A stretch of DNA of 64,000 bases from Aquificaceae bacterium (GTDB lineage: Bacteria > Aquificota > Aquificia > Aquificales > Aquificaceae), in contig JAXSNR010000001.1 of assembly GCA_037925075.1 (NCBI GenBank), positions 288,001 through 352,000 of the forward strand, in the 5' to 3' direction. The notes below the pieces were generated by a model. That model saw only the letters and a program-made list of their open reading frames with translations, ran no database searches and had not been told where the DNA came from. How positions within the stretch are numbered: the first letter of the stretch is position 1; each line of letters opens with the position of its first letter. The translations under genes were made by a program, and so were the position numbers. Shown piece after piece: positions 37,196-48,484 of this stretch.

Positions 37196-37671
37196 AAAGG
37201 CTTGATGTGAGAGACCTTGAACCCCCAAAGCCGATGGTAAAGGTAGCCCAAGCCCTTGAAGAGCTAAGGGAAGGGGAAATTCTTGAGGTGCTTGGTTCAA
37301 GGCCCTTTACCCATCTTCTCCCAAGGCTTGAGGAGTTGGGATACGCCTATGAGCTTACAGAGACCCAAGAGGGATACCTTCTTAGAATATGGAAAAAGTC
37401 CTCCCAGCCTCTGAAGGTTGAAGAGCCCAAATGTGAAAAGGAGATTGAGTTTGAGATAGATGAGAATACCAACGTGGGAGAGCTTTTGAAAAGAATCCCT
37501 GAGTCTCTTGATGTGCTTATAAAATACGGCTTTACGCCACTTAAAAACCCCATTCTTAGGAAGACGCTTCCCCATATGGTAAGCCTTGGTCAGGCAAAAA
37601 AGATAAGGAGAATGTCCGATGAAAAGTTTCAGGAGCTTCTTGAGGAGCTAAGAAGGCTTACGAAAGGATGA
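37192..37671 (+). CDS. DUF2249 + DUF1858 domain protein
   Basis: LDVRDLEPPKPM...PFTHL..L; IDENTNVGELL...GFTPLKNP. Confidence 0.8.
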   Translation: MKRLDVRDLEPPKPMVKVAQALEELREGEILEVLGSRPFTHLLPRLEELGYAYELTETQEGYLLRIWKKSSQPLKVEEPKCEKEIEFEIDENTNVGELLKRIPESLDVLIKYGFTPLKNPILRKTLPHMVSLGQAKKIRRMSDEKFQELLEELRRLTKG

Positions 37672-38801
37672 TAAAGCCCGTATCCTTTGTGAGGCTTACC
37701 CCCCTTTACGTACTTCTATGTCTTTTTCTTATTGACCTTTCTCTAATTTTGAAACTTTTTAACATGCCTTACAGAGACCTTCTTCTCTTTATAGCCTTTC
37801 CATCCCTTATAATGGGAACACTCTTTCAGATGTATCCAACCCTGCAAGGTATGAGTATAAGAGGGAATTGGCTCACATACCTTCACCTTTTACTCACCTT
37901 TATAAACCTAATCCTTTTTCTTTGGAAATTCCAGATATTCTGGTTGCCCTTCATGTCTCTGAGCCTTCTAAGTTTTTTCTTTCTTGCCTTAAACACAAAA
38001 AACCTAAAAGACCCACTTATTCTCTTTTTCCTCCTCGGTGGTGCATACTTTGCCCTCTCCAGCCTATTTATGTTTATGAAACTAAGCCCCACCCTTATAA
38101 AGCATACCATTACCGCAGGCTTTTTTATGAACGTGATAATAGGAGCTTACTATGTTTTTGTTCCCATGCTCCAGATTGAGGAAATAAAGCACCGAAGATT
38201 GGTATGGTGGAACCTTATCCTTTACAATCTTTCCCTTCCCCTCTTCCTTTACAGTTGGCATAGGCAAAACCTTGTGCTACTTGCCCATTCTGGCCTTTTG
38301 TTGCTACTTTCTTGTTTTTTACTGGCTTTTGTCCTCTATGTTAGCCTTATTCAAAGAAAGAGTCCACTGAAAGGTCTTGACATATCGGTGCAGTACCTAC
38401 TCTTGGGGCTTTTTATGGTTATCTTCTTTATGGCTGTGGGGATAGCTTCCGCAGGAAGTGGAAACTACGGCTTTTTAAGCTGGCACTGGGATGGCATGCT
38501 CTACGGCTTTCTTACCTTTATAACGGTGGGTGCTTCTTACCATATAGTTCCCTTTTTGCTTTGGTGGAGAGCATACGCTTCCATGATGGGAAGACAAAAG
38601 ATACCCACCCTTAAGGAGCTACTTGGTCTGGAGGTTCCTCAAAGGGTGCTGTTCATCGGTCTTCCTCTTCTTGTCTTTGGGCTTATCACAGAACCCTTTA
38701 ACCCATACCTTTCAAGGCTCTTTTACTTTGCCCTTCTTCTTGTAAAGGGCTACTACACCCTTAAGCTTTTACCCCTTGCCTACTCTTCCATAAAAACTTG
38801 A
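37668..38801 (+). CDS. Polytopic membrane protein (NnrS/HCO-subunit-I-like, DUF2249-associated)
   Basis: About 12 TM; repeated G..fQ..P / H..G...GA.Y..VP motifs (MGTLFQMYP, HTITAG...GAYYVFVP, HWDG...GASYHIVPFL). Confidence 0.6.
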   Translation: MIKPVSFVRLTPLYVLLCLFLIDLSLILKLFNMPYRDLLLFIAFPSLIMGTLFQMYPTLQGMSIRGNWLTYLHLLLTFINLILFLWKFQIFWLPFMSLSLLSFFFLALNTKNLKDPLILFFLLGGAYFALSSLFMFMKLSPTLIKHTITAGFFMNVIIGAYYVFVPMLQIEEIKHRRLVWWNLILYNLSLPLFLYSWHRQNLVLLAHSGLLLLLSCFLLAFVLYVSLIQRKSPLKGLDISVQYLLLGLFMVIFFMAVGIASAGSGNYGFLSWHWDGMLYGFLTFITVGASYHIVPFLLWWRAYASMMGRQKIPTLKELLGLEVPQRVLFIGLPLLVFGLITEPFNPYLSRLFYFALLLVKGYYTLKLLPLAYSSIKT

Positions 38802-38825
38802 CAAAGATACACTAAAGCATATTAT
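38797..38825 (+). promoter_or_regulatory. clpB promoter with HAIR-like operator
   Basis: CTTGACA-N7-ACTAAAG overlapping the TTGACA -35 box; TATTAT -10. Confidence 0.65.
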
Positions 38826-38855
38826 AAAAACCATTATTAAGTTAAGGAGGTATGC

Positions 38856-41816
38856 ATGTTCAGTGAAAACCTTTTGTCCGCAAAGTCCCTTGAGTACATA
38901 AACAGGGCAAAGGAGATGGCAAAGAGGGGTGGGGACAGCAAGGTGGATACGGACCATCTTCTTCTTGCCATGCTTGCGGACGAAAAATCTCCCTTAGCCA
39001 AGTATCTTGAAAAGAGAGGTGTTGAGGCAAAGTCCCTTTACAGGAAGGTTTCTGAATACCTTGAAAAGCTCTACTCCCAGATAGGCAAAGCGGTCCAGCA
39101 AGAGGCACAGCACCTTATAGACCTAAGAAGCAAAATAATGCAGGTAAAGTCGGACATAGGTCAAGTGCAGATAGAGTTAGAAAAGTTAAAAAGGGCAAAG
39201 GAAAGGGTAAGAGGTGAGCTGGAAAGGGCAAGGAGGTACGCAGACTACTGGAACCTTCAGGAGCTTCAGGTGGAGCTTGCCCGCCTTGAAAGGCTTGAAA
39301 GCCAGTACAGAAGCCAGCTTGAGGGTGTGGAAAGGAGCCTTTCAACCGTCTTTAAGCCAGAGGATGTAAAAGCCTTTCTTGAAAACAGGCTAAGCATTGA
39401 CGGGCTTATAAGGAAAGCCCTTAAAACCTCAAGCCTTGTGGAGCAGGTAAAGGAGCTTGGCATATCACCCGAAAGGGTTATAGACGCGGTAGGGAAGATA
39501 GTCTTTGGTAAAGAGCCAGCCTTTGACTACGCTCAGAACCTTGTGAGGGTGCTTGAAAGAGCTCAGGACAAGGCCATCTCCGAAGGTCTTTCTCAAGTAG
39601 AGCCCTATCACATGGTAGCCAGTCTAATAGAGGCAAAGGATACCATAGCAGGTAAGATTTTAGAAGATATAGCAGGAGGTGAAAAAATGAAGGATGTGTC
39701 TCAGGAACTAAGGGAAGAGGAAAAGTCCGCCCTTGAAAGGTTTGGGACGGACCTAACCCAGCTGGCAAGGGAAGGCAAACTGGACCCAGTGATCGGCAGA
39801 GAAAAAGAGATAAACCAGCTTATAGAGGTTCTCTTAAGAAGGACTAAAAACAATCCAGTGCTTGTGGGAGATCCAGGTGTGGGAAAGACCGCCATAGTAG
39901 AAGGCCTTGCTCAGAGAATAGTTAGCAAAGAAGTTCCCGCGGAGCTTCAAGACAAGGCTATCATCTCCGTAGACATGGGCTCTATAATAGCAGGCTCCAA
40001 ATATAGGGGTGAGTTTGAAGAAAGGTTCAAGAGCCTTTTGGATGAGGTAAAGCAAAAGGGAAACGTAATACTCTTTATAGATGAGATACATACAGTGGTA
40101 GGTGCCGGCAAAGCGGAGGGTGCGGTGGATGCGGGCAACATGCTAAAGCCATCCCTTGCAAGGGGTGAGATAAGGGTGATAGGTGCTACCACGGTGGATG
40201 AGTACAGAAAATACATTGAAAAGGACCCAGCCTTAGAAAGGAGGTTTCAACCCATCTATGTGGATGAGCCCACAGAAGAAGAAGCCCTTGAGATACTAAA
40301 AGGTCTAAGACCCAAACTGGAAAAGCATCACAAGGTTAAAATATCCGACCAAGCCTTAGAATCTGCGGTAAAGCTTACAAAAAGGTACGTAACCTTTAGA
40401 AAACTACCCGACAAGGCCATAGACGCCCTTGACCAAGCATCCGCCCGTAAAAAGCTTATGGCAGTTTCCTTACCTCCAGAGGTGCAAGAGATAGAAAGAA
40501 GGCTCAAAAGCCTTGAGGAGGAAATACAAAAGGCATACCTTGAAGGAAACTACGAAAAGGAGGCACAGCTTAAGATAAAGAAAGTCCAGCTTGAGAAGGA
40601 AAAGCAGGCACTCCTTTCCAAGTCAGGTGGTGTAGAAACCAGAATATCGGAAATAAAAAGGCTTATGGAAGAGCTTGACCAAGAAATCCTTAAGGCCTCC
40701 GAAAGGGGGGACTACGAAAGAGAGGCAAGCCTAAAGATAGAGAAGGTAAAGCTTGAGAAAGAGCTAAAAGAGCTTGAAAGCAAAAAGGCACAGGAGCTTG
40801 TGGTTGGTTGGGATGATGTGGCGCAGGTGGTCTCCGAATGGACCGGTATACCAATTACAAAGCTAAAGGAAGAAGAGATGGAAAGGCTTCTCAAGCTTGA
40901 AGAGGAGCTCCACAAAAGGGTTATAGACCAAGAGCATGCGGTGGTAGCCGTCTCAGAAGCCATTAGAAGGGCAAGGGCAGGGCTTAAGGACCCAAAAAGG
41001 CCCATAGCCAGCTTTCTGTTCCTTGGTCCCACAGGTGTAGGAAAGACGGAGCTTTCAAAGGCTCTTGCCGAGCTACTGTTTGGGGATGAGGATGCCCTTA
41101 TAAGGCTTGATATGTCCGAATTTAAAGAAGAGCATAGCGTGGCAAAGCTTATAGGTGCACCTCCGGGTTATGTTGGATACGAAGAGGGCGGAAAGCTTAC
41201 AGAGGCAGTAAGAAGAAAGCCCTACTCTGTAATACTCCTTGATGAGGTGGAAAAGGCACATCCAAGGGTCTTTGACCTATTCTTGCAAGTGTTGGACGAC
41301 GGAAGACTTACTGACTCTCACGGAAGGACTGTGGACTTTAGAAACACGGTTATAATCATGACTTCCAACGTAGGCTCTCAGTATCTTCTGAGCATATCGG
41401 TGGATGGAGACGAAGAAAAGGTTCAGAGGGAGTTTGAAAAAGCAAAGGAAAAGGTCTTAGAAGAGCTTCGCTACCACTTCAGACCCGAGTTTCTCAACAG
41501 GATAGATGAGGTTATCGTTTTCAAGCCCCTTACCATGAAGGAGCTCTTCCAGATAATAGACCTCTTGGTGGCAGGTATAAACAGGAGACTGGCGGAAAGA
41601 AACATAAGCATAGAGCTAAGCGAAAAGGCAAGGGAGTATCTTGTAAGGCTTGGCTATGATCCAGCATACGGTGCAAGACCTCTCAAAAGGACTTTGCAAA
41701 AGCACTTGGAAACCCCTCTGGCAAACCTTATAATAAAGGGAGAAGTAAAGGACGGTCAAAGGGTTCTGGTGGAATTGGTAGATGAAAAGCTCTCCTTTCA
41801 GCCCATCAACCTTTGA
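38856..41816 (+). CDS. clpB: ClpB-like AAA+ chaperone (extended N-domain)
   Basis: Two AAA+ modules, duplicated middle-domain helices ([10 protein letters not shown] / [10 protein letters not shown]), no obvious IGF-type loop, coiled-coil insertion in the N-domain. Confidence 0.88.
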   Translation: MFSENLLSAKSLEYINRAKEMAKRGGDSKVDTDHLLLAMLADEKSPLAKYLEKRGVEAKSLYRKVSEYLEKLYSQIGKAVQQEAQHLIDLRSKIMQVKSDIGQVQIELEKLKRAKERVRGELERARRYADYWNLQELQVELARLERLESQYRSQLEGVERSLSTVFKPEDVKAFLENRLSIDGLIRKALKTSSLVEQVKELGISPERVIDAVGKIVFGKEPAFDYAQNLVRVLERAQDKAISEGLSQVEPYHMVASLIEAKDTIAGKILEDIAGGEKMKDVSQELREEEKSALERFGTDLTQLAREGKLDPVIGREKEINQLIEVLLRRTKNNPVLVGDPGVGKTAIVEGLAQRIVSKEVPAELQDKAIISVDMGSIIAGSKYRGEFEERFKSLLDEVKQKGNVILFIDEIHTVVGAGKAEGAVDAGNMLKPSLARGEIRVIGATTVDEYRKYIEKDPALERRFQPIYVDEPTEEEALEILKGLRPKLEKHHKVKISDQALESAVKLTKRYVTFRKLPDKAIDALDQASARKKLMAVSLPPEVQEIERRLKSLEEEIQKAYLEGNYEKEAQLKIKKVQLEKEKQALLSKSGGVETRISEIKRLMEELDQEILKASERGDYEREASLKIEKVKLEKELKELESKKAQELVVGWDDVAQVVSEWTGIPITKLKEEEMERLLKLEEELHKRVIDQEHAVVAVSEAIRRARAGLKDPKRPIASFLFLGPTGVGKTELSKALAELLFGDEDALIRLDMSEFKEEHSVAKLIGAPPGYVGYEEGGKLTEAVRRKPYSVILLDEVEKAHPRVFDLFLQVLDDGRLTDSHGRTVDFRNTVIIMTSNVGSQYLLSISVDGDEEKVQREFEKAKEKVLEELRYHFRPEFLNRIDEVIVFKPLTMKELFQIIDLLVAGINRRLAERNISIELSEKAREYLVRLGYDPAYGARPLKRTLQKHLETPLANLIIKGEVKDGQRVLVELVDEKLSFQPINL

Positions 41817-43891
41817 AGGCTTTCTACGCCCTCCAGCCTTTGGAGGGCTTCCTTTATCCTTAGAAAATCTTGATAGCTTTCCACCTGCAGGGTAAAGTCC
41901 ATAAGAGCCTGACCGGAGGGAAGGCTTTTTGTCCTTGCTTCTGTGATGTTTGCTCCAAGCTTTGCAATGCTAGTGGTCACCTCCCCCAGTATGCCTACCC
42001 TGTCTTTTACCAAAAGCCTTAGCCTTACAGGATGAAGCCCCTGAGACCTGTCCCACAAAACTTTTATAACCTTTTCCGGTGAAAACTTCAAAAGATAGTT
42101 TAGGTTTGGACAATCTTTTGAGTGGATCACAAGCCCCTTACCCCTTGATATAACACCATAAACCTCCTCTCCCGGCAGCGGATTACAGCACTCCGCAAGA
42201 TTATGAAGTACTTTACCAAGACCATCTATTTGCAAAACATCTTCAACCTTTTCCTGAGCCTTCTCCTTCTGAGCCTTCTTAAACAGGGAATAAACCCTTT
42301 CCTTCTGAATCTTGCCACTTCCAAGAAGTAGGTATATCTCCTCTTCCCTTTGAGCGTTTGTTTCTTCCATCAACTTCCTTAAAAGGGTTTCCCGACTAAT
42401 GCCAAGCTTTTGTGAATAAAGTTCAAGCTTTTCCCTTCCAAGCTGTATATACCTTTCCCTTTCAAGCTCTTTAAGCACAGCCTTTATTTTGCTTCTTGCC
42501 TTTGAGGTGACCACAAAACTGAGCCATTCCTGATTGGGCTTTTTGTTGGGGTTTGTGATTATCTCTACCATATCTCCGTTCTGAAGCTTGTAGTTTAAGG
42601 GTACAATCTTACCTTTTACCTTTGCCCCGGCGCAGTGGTTGCCCACCTCCGTGTGTATGTGATAGGCAAAGTCCACCGGAGTTGCACCCTTTGGAAGAAC
42701 AATGAGGTCACCCTTTGGAGTAAAGACAAAAACCTCCTCGGAAAATAGCTCAAGCTTTAGGTTCTCCAAAAGCTCCTGAGGGTTTTTACTACCCTTTACA
42801 CTTTCCACAAGGCTCTTTAGCCAAGAATATACCCCTCCATCCTTTACGGTTTTGCCCTCCTTATAAGCCCAGTGGGCTGCAATACCCTTTTCTGCCCTTT
42901 CGTGCATCTCCCAAGTGCGTATTTGCACCTCCACCATTCTACCCTTTGGACCTATCACCGCGGTATGAAGGGACTGGTACAAGTTGGGCTTTGGTAGAGA
43001 TATGTAGTCGTCAAACTTACCCGGTACAGGTTTAAAGGCACTGTGAACCACTCCAAGTACAAGGTAGCATTCCTGAACCGTATTGACTATTACTCTCACA
43101 CCCAATATATCGTGCACATCCTCAAGCCTTATACCTTTTTTTAAAGTCTTTTGCCATATGCCGTACAGATGCTTTGGTCTGTAAGACACATGTGCCTCAA
43201 TGCCTTCCCTTTTTAATTCCTCCTTTAGTTTTGGTATGAATATCCTCTTTAAGTAATCTTCAAGCTCCTTTTTGCTTTTGCCTACAAAGTTTTTAACCTC
43301 TTCGTATTCCTTGGGATAAAGATACATAAAGCAAAGGTCTTCAAGCTCCGTCTTGATTCTCCATAGACCAAGCCTGTTGGCTATGGGAACGTATATCTCA
43401 AGGGTCTCTCTTGCAATTCTAACTTGCTTTTCCCTGCTGAAAAACTGAAGGGTTTTCATGTTGTGAAGCCTGTCCGCAAGCTTTACGAATATGACCCTCA
43501 GATCCTTTGAGAAGGCAAGGATGAGCTTTCTATAGTTTTCCGCCTTTCTGGTCTCTACATCCTTAAAGGGAATCTTCCCAAGCTTGGTTACCCCATCCAC
43601 TATGTCCGCCACATCTTTATCAAACTTTTCCTTTAACTCCTCGTAGGTGGTTTCCGTATCCTCAAGCACATCATGAAGAAGCCCAGCGACCACCGTATCC
43701 CTGTCCATACCAAGCTCCGCCAGGATTATGGCAACTTCAACAGGGTGTATCACGTAGGGTTCTCCAGATTTTCTAAACTGCCCTGCGTGCTTTTCTTCTA
43801 TAAACTCAAGGGCTTTTCTCACTTTGTCGTCTTCATATCCCAGAAACTTGAAGAGTCTTTCTTCTTGTTTTTTATTTAAAGTAGTTTCCAT
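41798..43891 (-). CDS. spoT: Bifunctional (p)ppGpp synthetase/hydrolase Rel
   Basis: [23 protein letters not shown] (intact HD), YQSLHT, EVQIRT, TGS and ACT domains. Confidence 0.95.
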   Translation of the reverse strand: METTLNKKQEERLFKFLGYEDDKVRKALEFIEEKHAGQFRKSGEPYVIHPVEVAIILAELGMDRDTVVAGLLHDVLEDTETTYEELKEKFDKDVADIVDGVTKLGKIPFKDVETRKAENYRKLILAFSKDLRVIFVKLADRLHNMKTLQFFSREKQVRIARETLEIYVPIANRLGLWRIKTELEDLCFMYLYPKEYEEVKNFVGKSKKELEDYLKRIFIPKLKEELKREGIEAHVSYRPKHLYGIWQKTLKKGIRLEDVHDILGVRVIVNTVQECYLVLGVVHSAFKPVPGKFDDYISLPKPNLYQSLHTAVIGPKGRMVEVQIRTWEMHERAEKGIAAHWAYKEGKTVKDGGVYSWLKSLVESVKGSKNPQELLENLKLELFSEEVFVFTPKGDLIVLPKGATPVDFAYHIHTEVGNHCAGAKVKGKIVPLNYKLQNGDMVEIITNPNKKPNQEWLSFVVTSKARSKIKAVLKELERERYIQLGREKLELYSQKLGISRETLLRKLMEETNAQREEEIYLLLGSGKIQKERVYSLFKKAQKEKAQEKVEDVLQIDGLGKVLHNLAECCNPLPGEEVYGVISRGKGLVIHSKDCPNLNYLLKFSPEKVIKVLWDRSQGLHPVRLRLLVKDRVGILGEVTTSIAKLGANITEARTKSLPSGQALMDFTLQVESYQDFLRIKEALQRLEGVESLQRLMG

Positions 43892-43908
43892 AGTTTATAA
43901 TATTATGG

Positions 43909-44940
43909 ATGTTAAACAAATTAGCAAACTTTTTTGGTTTTATTACCAATAACATAGGCATAGACCTAGGCACGGCCAACACGGTTGTTTATGCACAGGG
44001 GAAGGGTATAATGCTTTATGAACCCTCCATAGTTGCGGTGGATGTGCGCTCTGGCAGAATTCTAGCAGTAGGTAAAGAAGCAAAGGATATGCTTGGAAAA
44101 ACTCCAGAAAACATACAGACCATTAGACCTCTCAGAGATGGTGTAATAACAGACTTTGAAGCTACAAAGGTTATGCTTTCCTATTTCATAAACAAGACTA
44201 TAGGTGGTGGCATATTTAAGGCAAAACCGAGGGTTGTTATAGGTGTGCCCTCTGGGGTCACGCAAGTGGAAAAGAGAGCGGTTATAGATGCCGCAAAGAG
44301 TGCAGGAGCAAGAGAGGTCTACCTTATAGCTGAGCCTATGGCTGCGGCTATAGGTGCTGGGCTTCCCGTAGAAGAGCCCATAGGCAACATGGTGGTAGAT
44401 ATAGGAGGTGGGACTACGGAAATAGCGGTTATATCCCTTGCAGGTATAGTGGTTTCCAATTCAATAAGGGTAGCAGGCGATGAGATGACAGAAGCCATAA
44501 TACAGCACGTTAAGAAAAAGTATCACCTTCTCATGGGGGAACAGACCGCAGAAAAGGTAAAGATAGAGTTAGGCAGTGCCATATACGAGGAAGAGGAAAG
44601 GTTTATGGAGATAAAGGGAAGAGACATAACAGGGCTTCCAAGGGTAGTAAGGATAAGTAATAAAGATGTTACAGAAGCCCTTGAGGATGTGCTTTCCTCT
44701 ATAATAAACGCAGTTAAGTCCACCTTGGAAAGGACTCCCCCAGAGCTTGCCTCTGACATAGCGGAAAGGGGTATTACCTTGGCCGGTGGAGGTTCTCTCC
44801 TTAGAAACCTCAACCTAAGAATAGAGCGTGAAACAGGCATAATAACCCATTACTGTGAAGACCCTATAACTGCTGTCGCCCGAGGTGTGGGGAAAGTCCT
44901 TGACAATATAGAACTTATAAGGAAAGTTTCCATGGAATGA
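43909..44940 (+). CDS. mreB: Rod shape-determining protein MreB
   Basis: IGIDLGTANT, EPMAAAIGAG, DIGGGTTE, LAGGGSLL. Confidence 0.97.
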   Translation: MLNKLANFFGFITNNIGIDLGTANTVVYAQGKGIMLYEPSIVAVDVRSGRILAVGKEAKDMLGKTPENIQTIRPLRDGVITDFEATKVMLSYFINKTIGGGIFKAKPRVVIGVPSGVTQVEKRAVIDAAKSAGAREVYLIAEPMAAAIGAGLPVEEPIGNMVVDIGGGTTEIAVISLAGIVVSNSIRVAGDEMTEAIIQHVKKKYHLLMGEQTAEKVKIELGSAIYEEEERFMEIKGRDITGLPRVVRISNKDVTEALEDVLSSIINAVKSTLERTPPELASDIAERGITLAGGGSLLRNLNLRIERETGIITHYCEDPITAVARGVGKVLDNIELIRKVSME

Positions 44941-45725
44941 CAAGCTATGTTAAACCTTTTGTCGCTATATTCTTAAGCATTGTGGTTTACTTTATGAACC
45001 TTTCTACCTTACCGTATATAAGCCAAGTTTATAACCTATTTAGGTCTGCGGTCTATCCCTTTTTTGAATTAAAGGGAAGCCTCCAAGAAGGCACAAGAAA
45101 AATTGTAGAAAAATATGTGCTTTTAAAAGATTTAAAAGAAGAAAACAACAGACTAAGGAAGGAACTTGAGGAGTATAAACTTTACAAAGCCCAACTTCTA
45201 GCCTGCGAAAATAGCCTAAAAAGCCTAAGCCAAGCCATGGACATTCCCTTCAAACCAAGCGACTACCCAATAGTTTATGCGAACGTGATTGCCTATGACC
45301 CGTCAAGTAGAGACACCTTTGTGCTAGTAAACAGGGGACAGGATAAGGGTATATCCGAGGGCATGTTGGCATATTCTGGGGAGAATCTGGTGGGCATTGT
45401 GGACAGCGTGTATGTGGGCTCCTCAAAGATAAGGACGGTTTTCTCCGAAGACTTTACATTTAGTGCAGGGGTGGGGGACAAGGCGTACATATACAAAGGA
45501 GGGTTTCCCATGGGTTCTTTGCTCCATGTTAAGGCTGACGACGAGGTTAATGTGGGCGACGTGGTTTATGTAAGGGTGCCGGGCAAAGTCTTCCCTCAAC
45601 TCAAGATCGGTACTGTTCAGCAGGTTTCTTACGATGGAAAGGGGTTTTTTAAAAAGGTCTACGTCAAACCCTTTGCAGACATAAGAAGGATTTCACTTCT
45701 TTTGATTATAAGTGAGCGGTTATGA
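44937..45725 (+). CDS. mreC: Rod shape-determining protein MreC
   Basis: N-terminal TM, LKEENNRLR coiled coil, NRGQDKGI; operon position. Confidence 0.88.
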   Translation: MTSYVKPFVAIFLSIVVYFMNLSTLPYISQVYNLFRSAVYPFFELKGSLQEGTRKIVEKYVLLKDLKEENNRLRKELEEYKLYKAQLLACENSLKSLSQAMDIPFKPSDYPIVYANVIAYDPSSRDTFVLVNRGQDKGISEGMLAYSGENLVGIVDSVYVGSSKIRTVFSEDFTFSAGVGDKAYIYKGGFPMGSLLHVKADDEVNVGDVVYVRVPGKVFPQLKIGTVQQVSYDGKGFFKKVYVKPFADIRRISLLLIISERL

Positions 45726-46171
45726 AATTCTACCTGATTGCCTTTTTACTTGCATATTTCCAGAGTTCGGTGCTGATAGCCATCTTCCACAACATGCTTA
45801 TCACTCCCAATCCTCTCCTTGTCTACCTTTTTCTCAATATCTTCAGAGAAAATGGTGGATGGCTTTTAAGAACGATTACGGCGGGTTTTTTCCTTGACCT
45901 TTTTCAGGATTCTCTAGGGTTGAATTTATCGGGGTATATTTTCTTTGCCACCCTTTTTAGCCTAATGAGATCGAGGGTAGAAATCCCGAACAGGCTTTCC
46001 TTATTATTTGCCTACCTTCCTCTCTCTCTGATGGAAAAGCTCTGGGTGATCTTCCTGTTCAGAATAAGGTACTATGCGGACCTTACCTTATGGCTCTTGC
46101 CCTTTAGCCTCTTTCTTGAAACGCTTTTCCTTTATCTTATTTCAGGAAGATATTTTCGCAAGGGGTCATGA
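45722..46171 (+). CDS. mreD: Rod shape-determining protein MreD
   Basis: Hydrophobic 149 aa, GFFLDLF...LGLN; lies between mreC and mrdA. Confidence 0.8.
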   Translation: MKFYLIAFLLAYFQSSVLIAIFHNMLITPNPLLVYLFLNIFRENGGWLLRTITAGFFLDLFQDSLGLNLSGYIFFATLFSLMRSRVEIPNRLSLLFAYLPLSLMEKLWVIFLFRIRYYADLTLWLLPFSLFLETLFLYLISGRYFRKGS

Positions 46172-47937
46172 GTAGAAGGCGGTTTTTATTTCTTGGGCTT
46201 GTGGGTATCTTTGCTTACATCTTGGTCTTTCTTAGACTGGTTTACCTTCAGCTTTTCAAAAGCAAACACTACAAGGAGCTTGCTCAAAGGAATTACGTAA
46301 GAAAAAGGGTCATCTATCCTCAGAGAGGAGATATACTTGACAGAAGGGGTGAGAAGTTAGCCTACGATACACCAAGATATCTACTTCTTCTTGACCATCA
46401 AAAATTGCAGGATGAAGGCAACCTTGATGAGGTTTTAATAAATGTTGAAGAAATATTTGGAATCAAGCTGGATCAGGAAGGCATAAAAAAAAGGAAGGCA
46501 ATAGAACCGGTGGTTCTTACCGAGCTAAAGACACAAGAAGAGGTAGACAAATTCTATAACCATAGCTACAAGCTCCCAGGAGTTTTTATAAACACGGTGC
46601 CAACGAGGAACTATCCTCTGGGTGAGATATGCGCCCACGTGGCGGGATATGTTTCTTATCCAACAGAAACACACTATCAAAAGTATGGAGACAGGATTGG
46701 AAGTCAGAGCTTGGTAGGTGTTTATGGGCTTGAGAAAGCCTTTGATACAGACCTTTTGGGCAAGGTCGGGGCTGAAGAGGTTATGGTAAACGCTGTTGGA
46801 AAGGTTATAGGAAATATGGGATACAAGGAGCCAGAAAAGGGTATAACTCTTTTAACTACCATAGACACAAGGATACAAAGCATAGCTTATGAGGTCTTCA
46901 GAGATTCAGGGCAAAAAGCTGGAGCGGTGCTCCTGCTCGACACAAGAACTGGAGAAGTACTGGCACTTCTAAGCTATCCATCCTTCGAGCCCAACAGGGT
47001 CGCAGAGCTATGGAGTCAGTACAACAAGGACAGGTTAAAGCCTCTCTTTAACAGGGCAACACATGCCAAGTACCCTCCCGCATCTGTCATAAAGCCCGCA
47101 CTTGGCTTGGTCTTGCTTGAAAGGGGTCTATCCGCAAAGGAAGGTGTTGTATGCAAAGGTTACCTTGAACTGGGAAACAGAAAGTTTTCCTGCTGGAACA
47201 GGGCAGGACACGGCTGGGAGAACCTACACGGAGCAATAAGGGATTCATGCGATGTGTATTTTTACCACTACGGCTACTACAAACTTGGTCCAAGAGAGAT
47301 AGAGAGAATTCTCAGAGGTTTTTCTTACGGTGAAGATGTACCCTTTGACCTTCCTCTTACAAAAGGTTTTATACCCACGCCCGAATGGAAAAGGAATAAG
47401 TTGAAAGAGCCGTGGTATGGTGGAGACACAGTTAACATGTCCATAGGACAAGGATACATAAGGTCCACCCTTTTTGAGCAGGTGCTTATGATGATGGCAA
47501 TAGCCAACAACGGGGTTATTTATAAGCCCTTGTTGGTGAAGGAAAAGAGGAATGCGGAAGGAAAAGTGGTGTGGAAGGCAAGCAAAAGCGTTTATAAGGT
47601 GGTAAAGGCTAAGCCAGAGCACTTTGCCATCATAAGGGAAGCACTCAGGGATGTGGTAAGGTTTGGAACCGCCACCTCCGCCTATTCTAGAATAGTTGAT
47701 ATAGCAGGGAAAACGGGCACCGCCCAAGTGTCCGCTCACAGCGCAAGAAGAAAAAACCTTCCTTATCACCTTAGGGACCATGCTTGGTTTGTGGGTTTTG
47801 CACCCTACAGGGATCCAGTCTTTGTAATAGGTGTAATCGTAGAACATGGAGGTTCCGGAGGTGCGGTCGCCGCACCCATAGCAAGAAGGATTCTTGAGAG
47901 GATATACATGGAAGGCATACACAAAGAGCTTACTTAA
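46168..47937 (+). CDS. mrdA: Penicillin-binding protein 2
   Basis: RGDILDR, YPPASVIK (SxxK), SCD, KTGTAQ, HAWFVGFAP. Confidence 0.95.
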   Translation: MSRRRFLFLGLVGIFAYILVFLRLVYLQLFKSKHYKELAQRNYVRKRVIYPQRGDILDRRGEKLAYDTPRYLLLLDHQKLQDEGNLDEVLINVEEIFGIKLDQEGIKKRKAIEPVVLTELKTQEEVDKFYNHSYKLPGVFINTVPTRNYPLGEICAHVAGYVSYPTETHYQKYGDRIGSQSLVGVYGLEKAFDTDLLGKVGAEEVMVNAVGKVIGNMGYKEPEKGITLLTTIDTRIQSIAYEVFRDSGQKAGAVLLLDTRTGEVLALLSYPSFEPNRVAELWSQYNKDRLKPLFNRATHAKYPPASVIKPALGLVLLERGLSAKEGVVCKGYLELGNRKFSCWNRAGHGWENLHGAIRDSCDVYFYHYGYYKLGPREIERILRGFSYGEDVPFDLPLTKGFIPTPEWKRNKLKEPWYGGDTVNMSIGQGYIRSTLFEQVLMMMAIANNGVIYKPLLVKEKRNAEGKVVWKASKSVYKVVKAKPEHFAIIREALRDVVRFGTATSAYSRIVDIAGKTGTAQVSAHSARRKNLPYHLRDHAWFVGFAPYRDPVFVIGVIVEHGGSGGAVAAPIARRILERIYMEGIHKELT

Positions 47938-48466
47938 AGGCTACAAGCGTGGATACATTAAATTCTTCCCTGTAAAAAATTATTCTAAAACCTTCAAAAA
48001 GCTTGAGTAGTTCTCCTTCTTTAAGTAGATAATCGGGGTTGAAGTCCTTTTTTACAAGTGTGTGTTTTTCATTGTAAGTTTCAAAGATGAGTAAGCCACC
48101 ATTTTTTGAAGCCTTTTTCATATAAGGTATAAGCCTTCTGTTTAGATAGTAAAAGTTGGCAATAAGGGTATATGTGTTTTCTTTCAGGATAAAGTAATCA
48201 AGATCAGCACATATAAAATTTACATTAAGTTTTTTCTCATATGCCAACCTTTTTGCCTTTTTAAGTGCAAGGAGAGATATATCAATCGCATCTACAATAA
48301 AGCCTTTTTCTGCAAGAAAAACAGCGTTCTCTCCCGTTCCGCAGGCAACATCAAGAGCCCTTCCAAGTGGTGCATAGGTGTAAAACTCAACCAAAGTTTT
48401 ATGAAGCGTACTTTGCCAGCCGTGTAGATATTTAAAGTCCCATCTTTCCTTGTCCCAAAGTGCCAT
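47930..48466 (-). CDS. Class I SAM-dependent methyltransferase (TehB-like)
   Basis: ALDVACGTGENAVFLA, DAIDIS, NFYYLNR. Confidence 0.85.
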   Translation of the reverse strand: MALWDKERWDFKYLHGWQSTLHKTLVEFYTYAPLGRALDVACGTGENAVFLAEKGFIVDAIDISLLALKKAKRLAYEKKLNVNFICADLDYFILKENTYTLIANFYYLNRRLIPYMKKASKNGGLLIFETYNEKHTLVKKDFNPDYLLKEGELLKLFEGFRIIFYREEFNVSTLVAFK

Positions 48467-48484
48467 GGTAGAATTTTAAACTCA

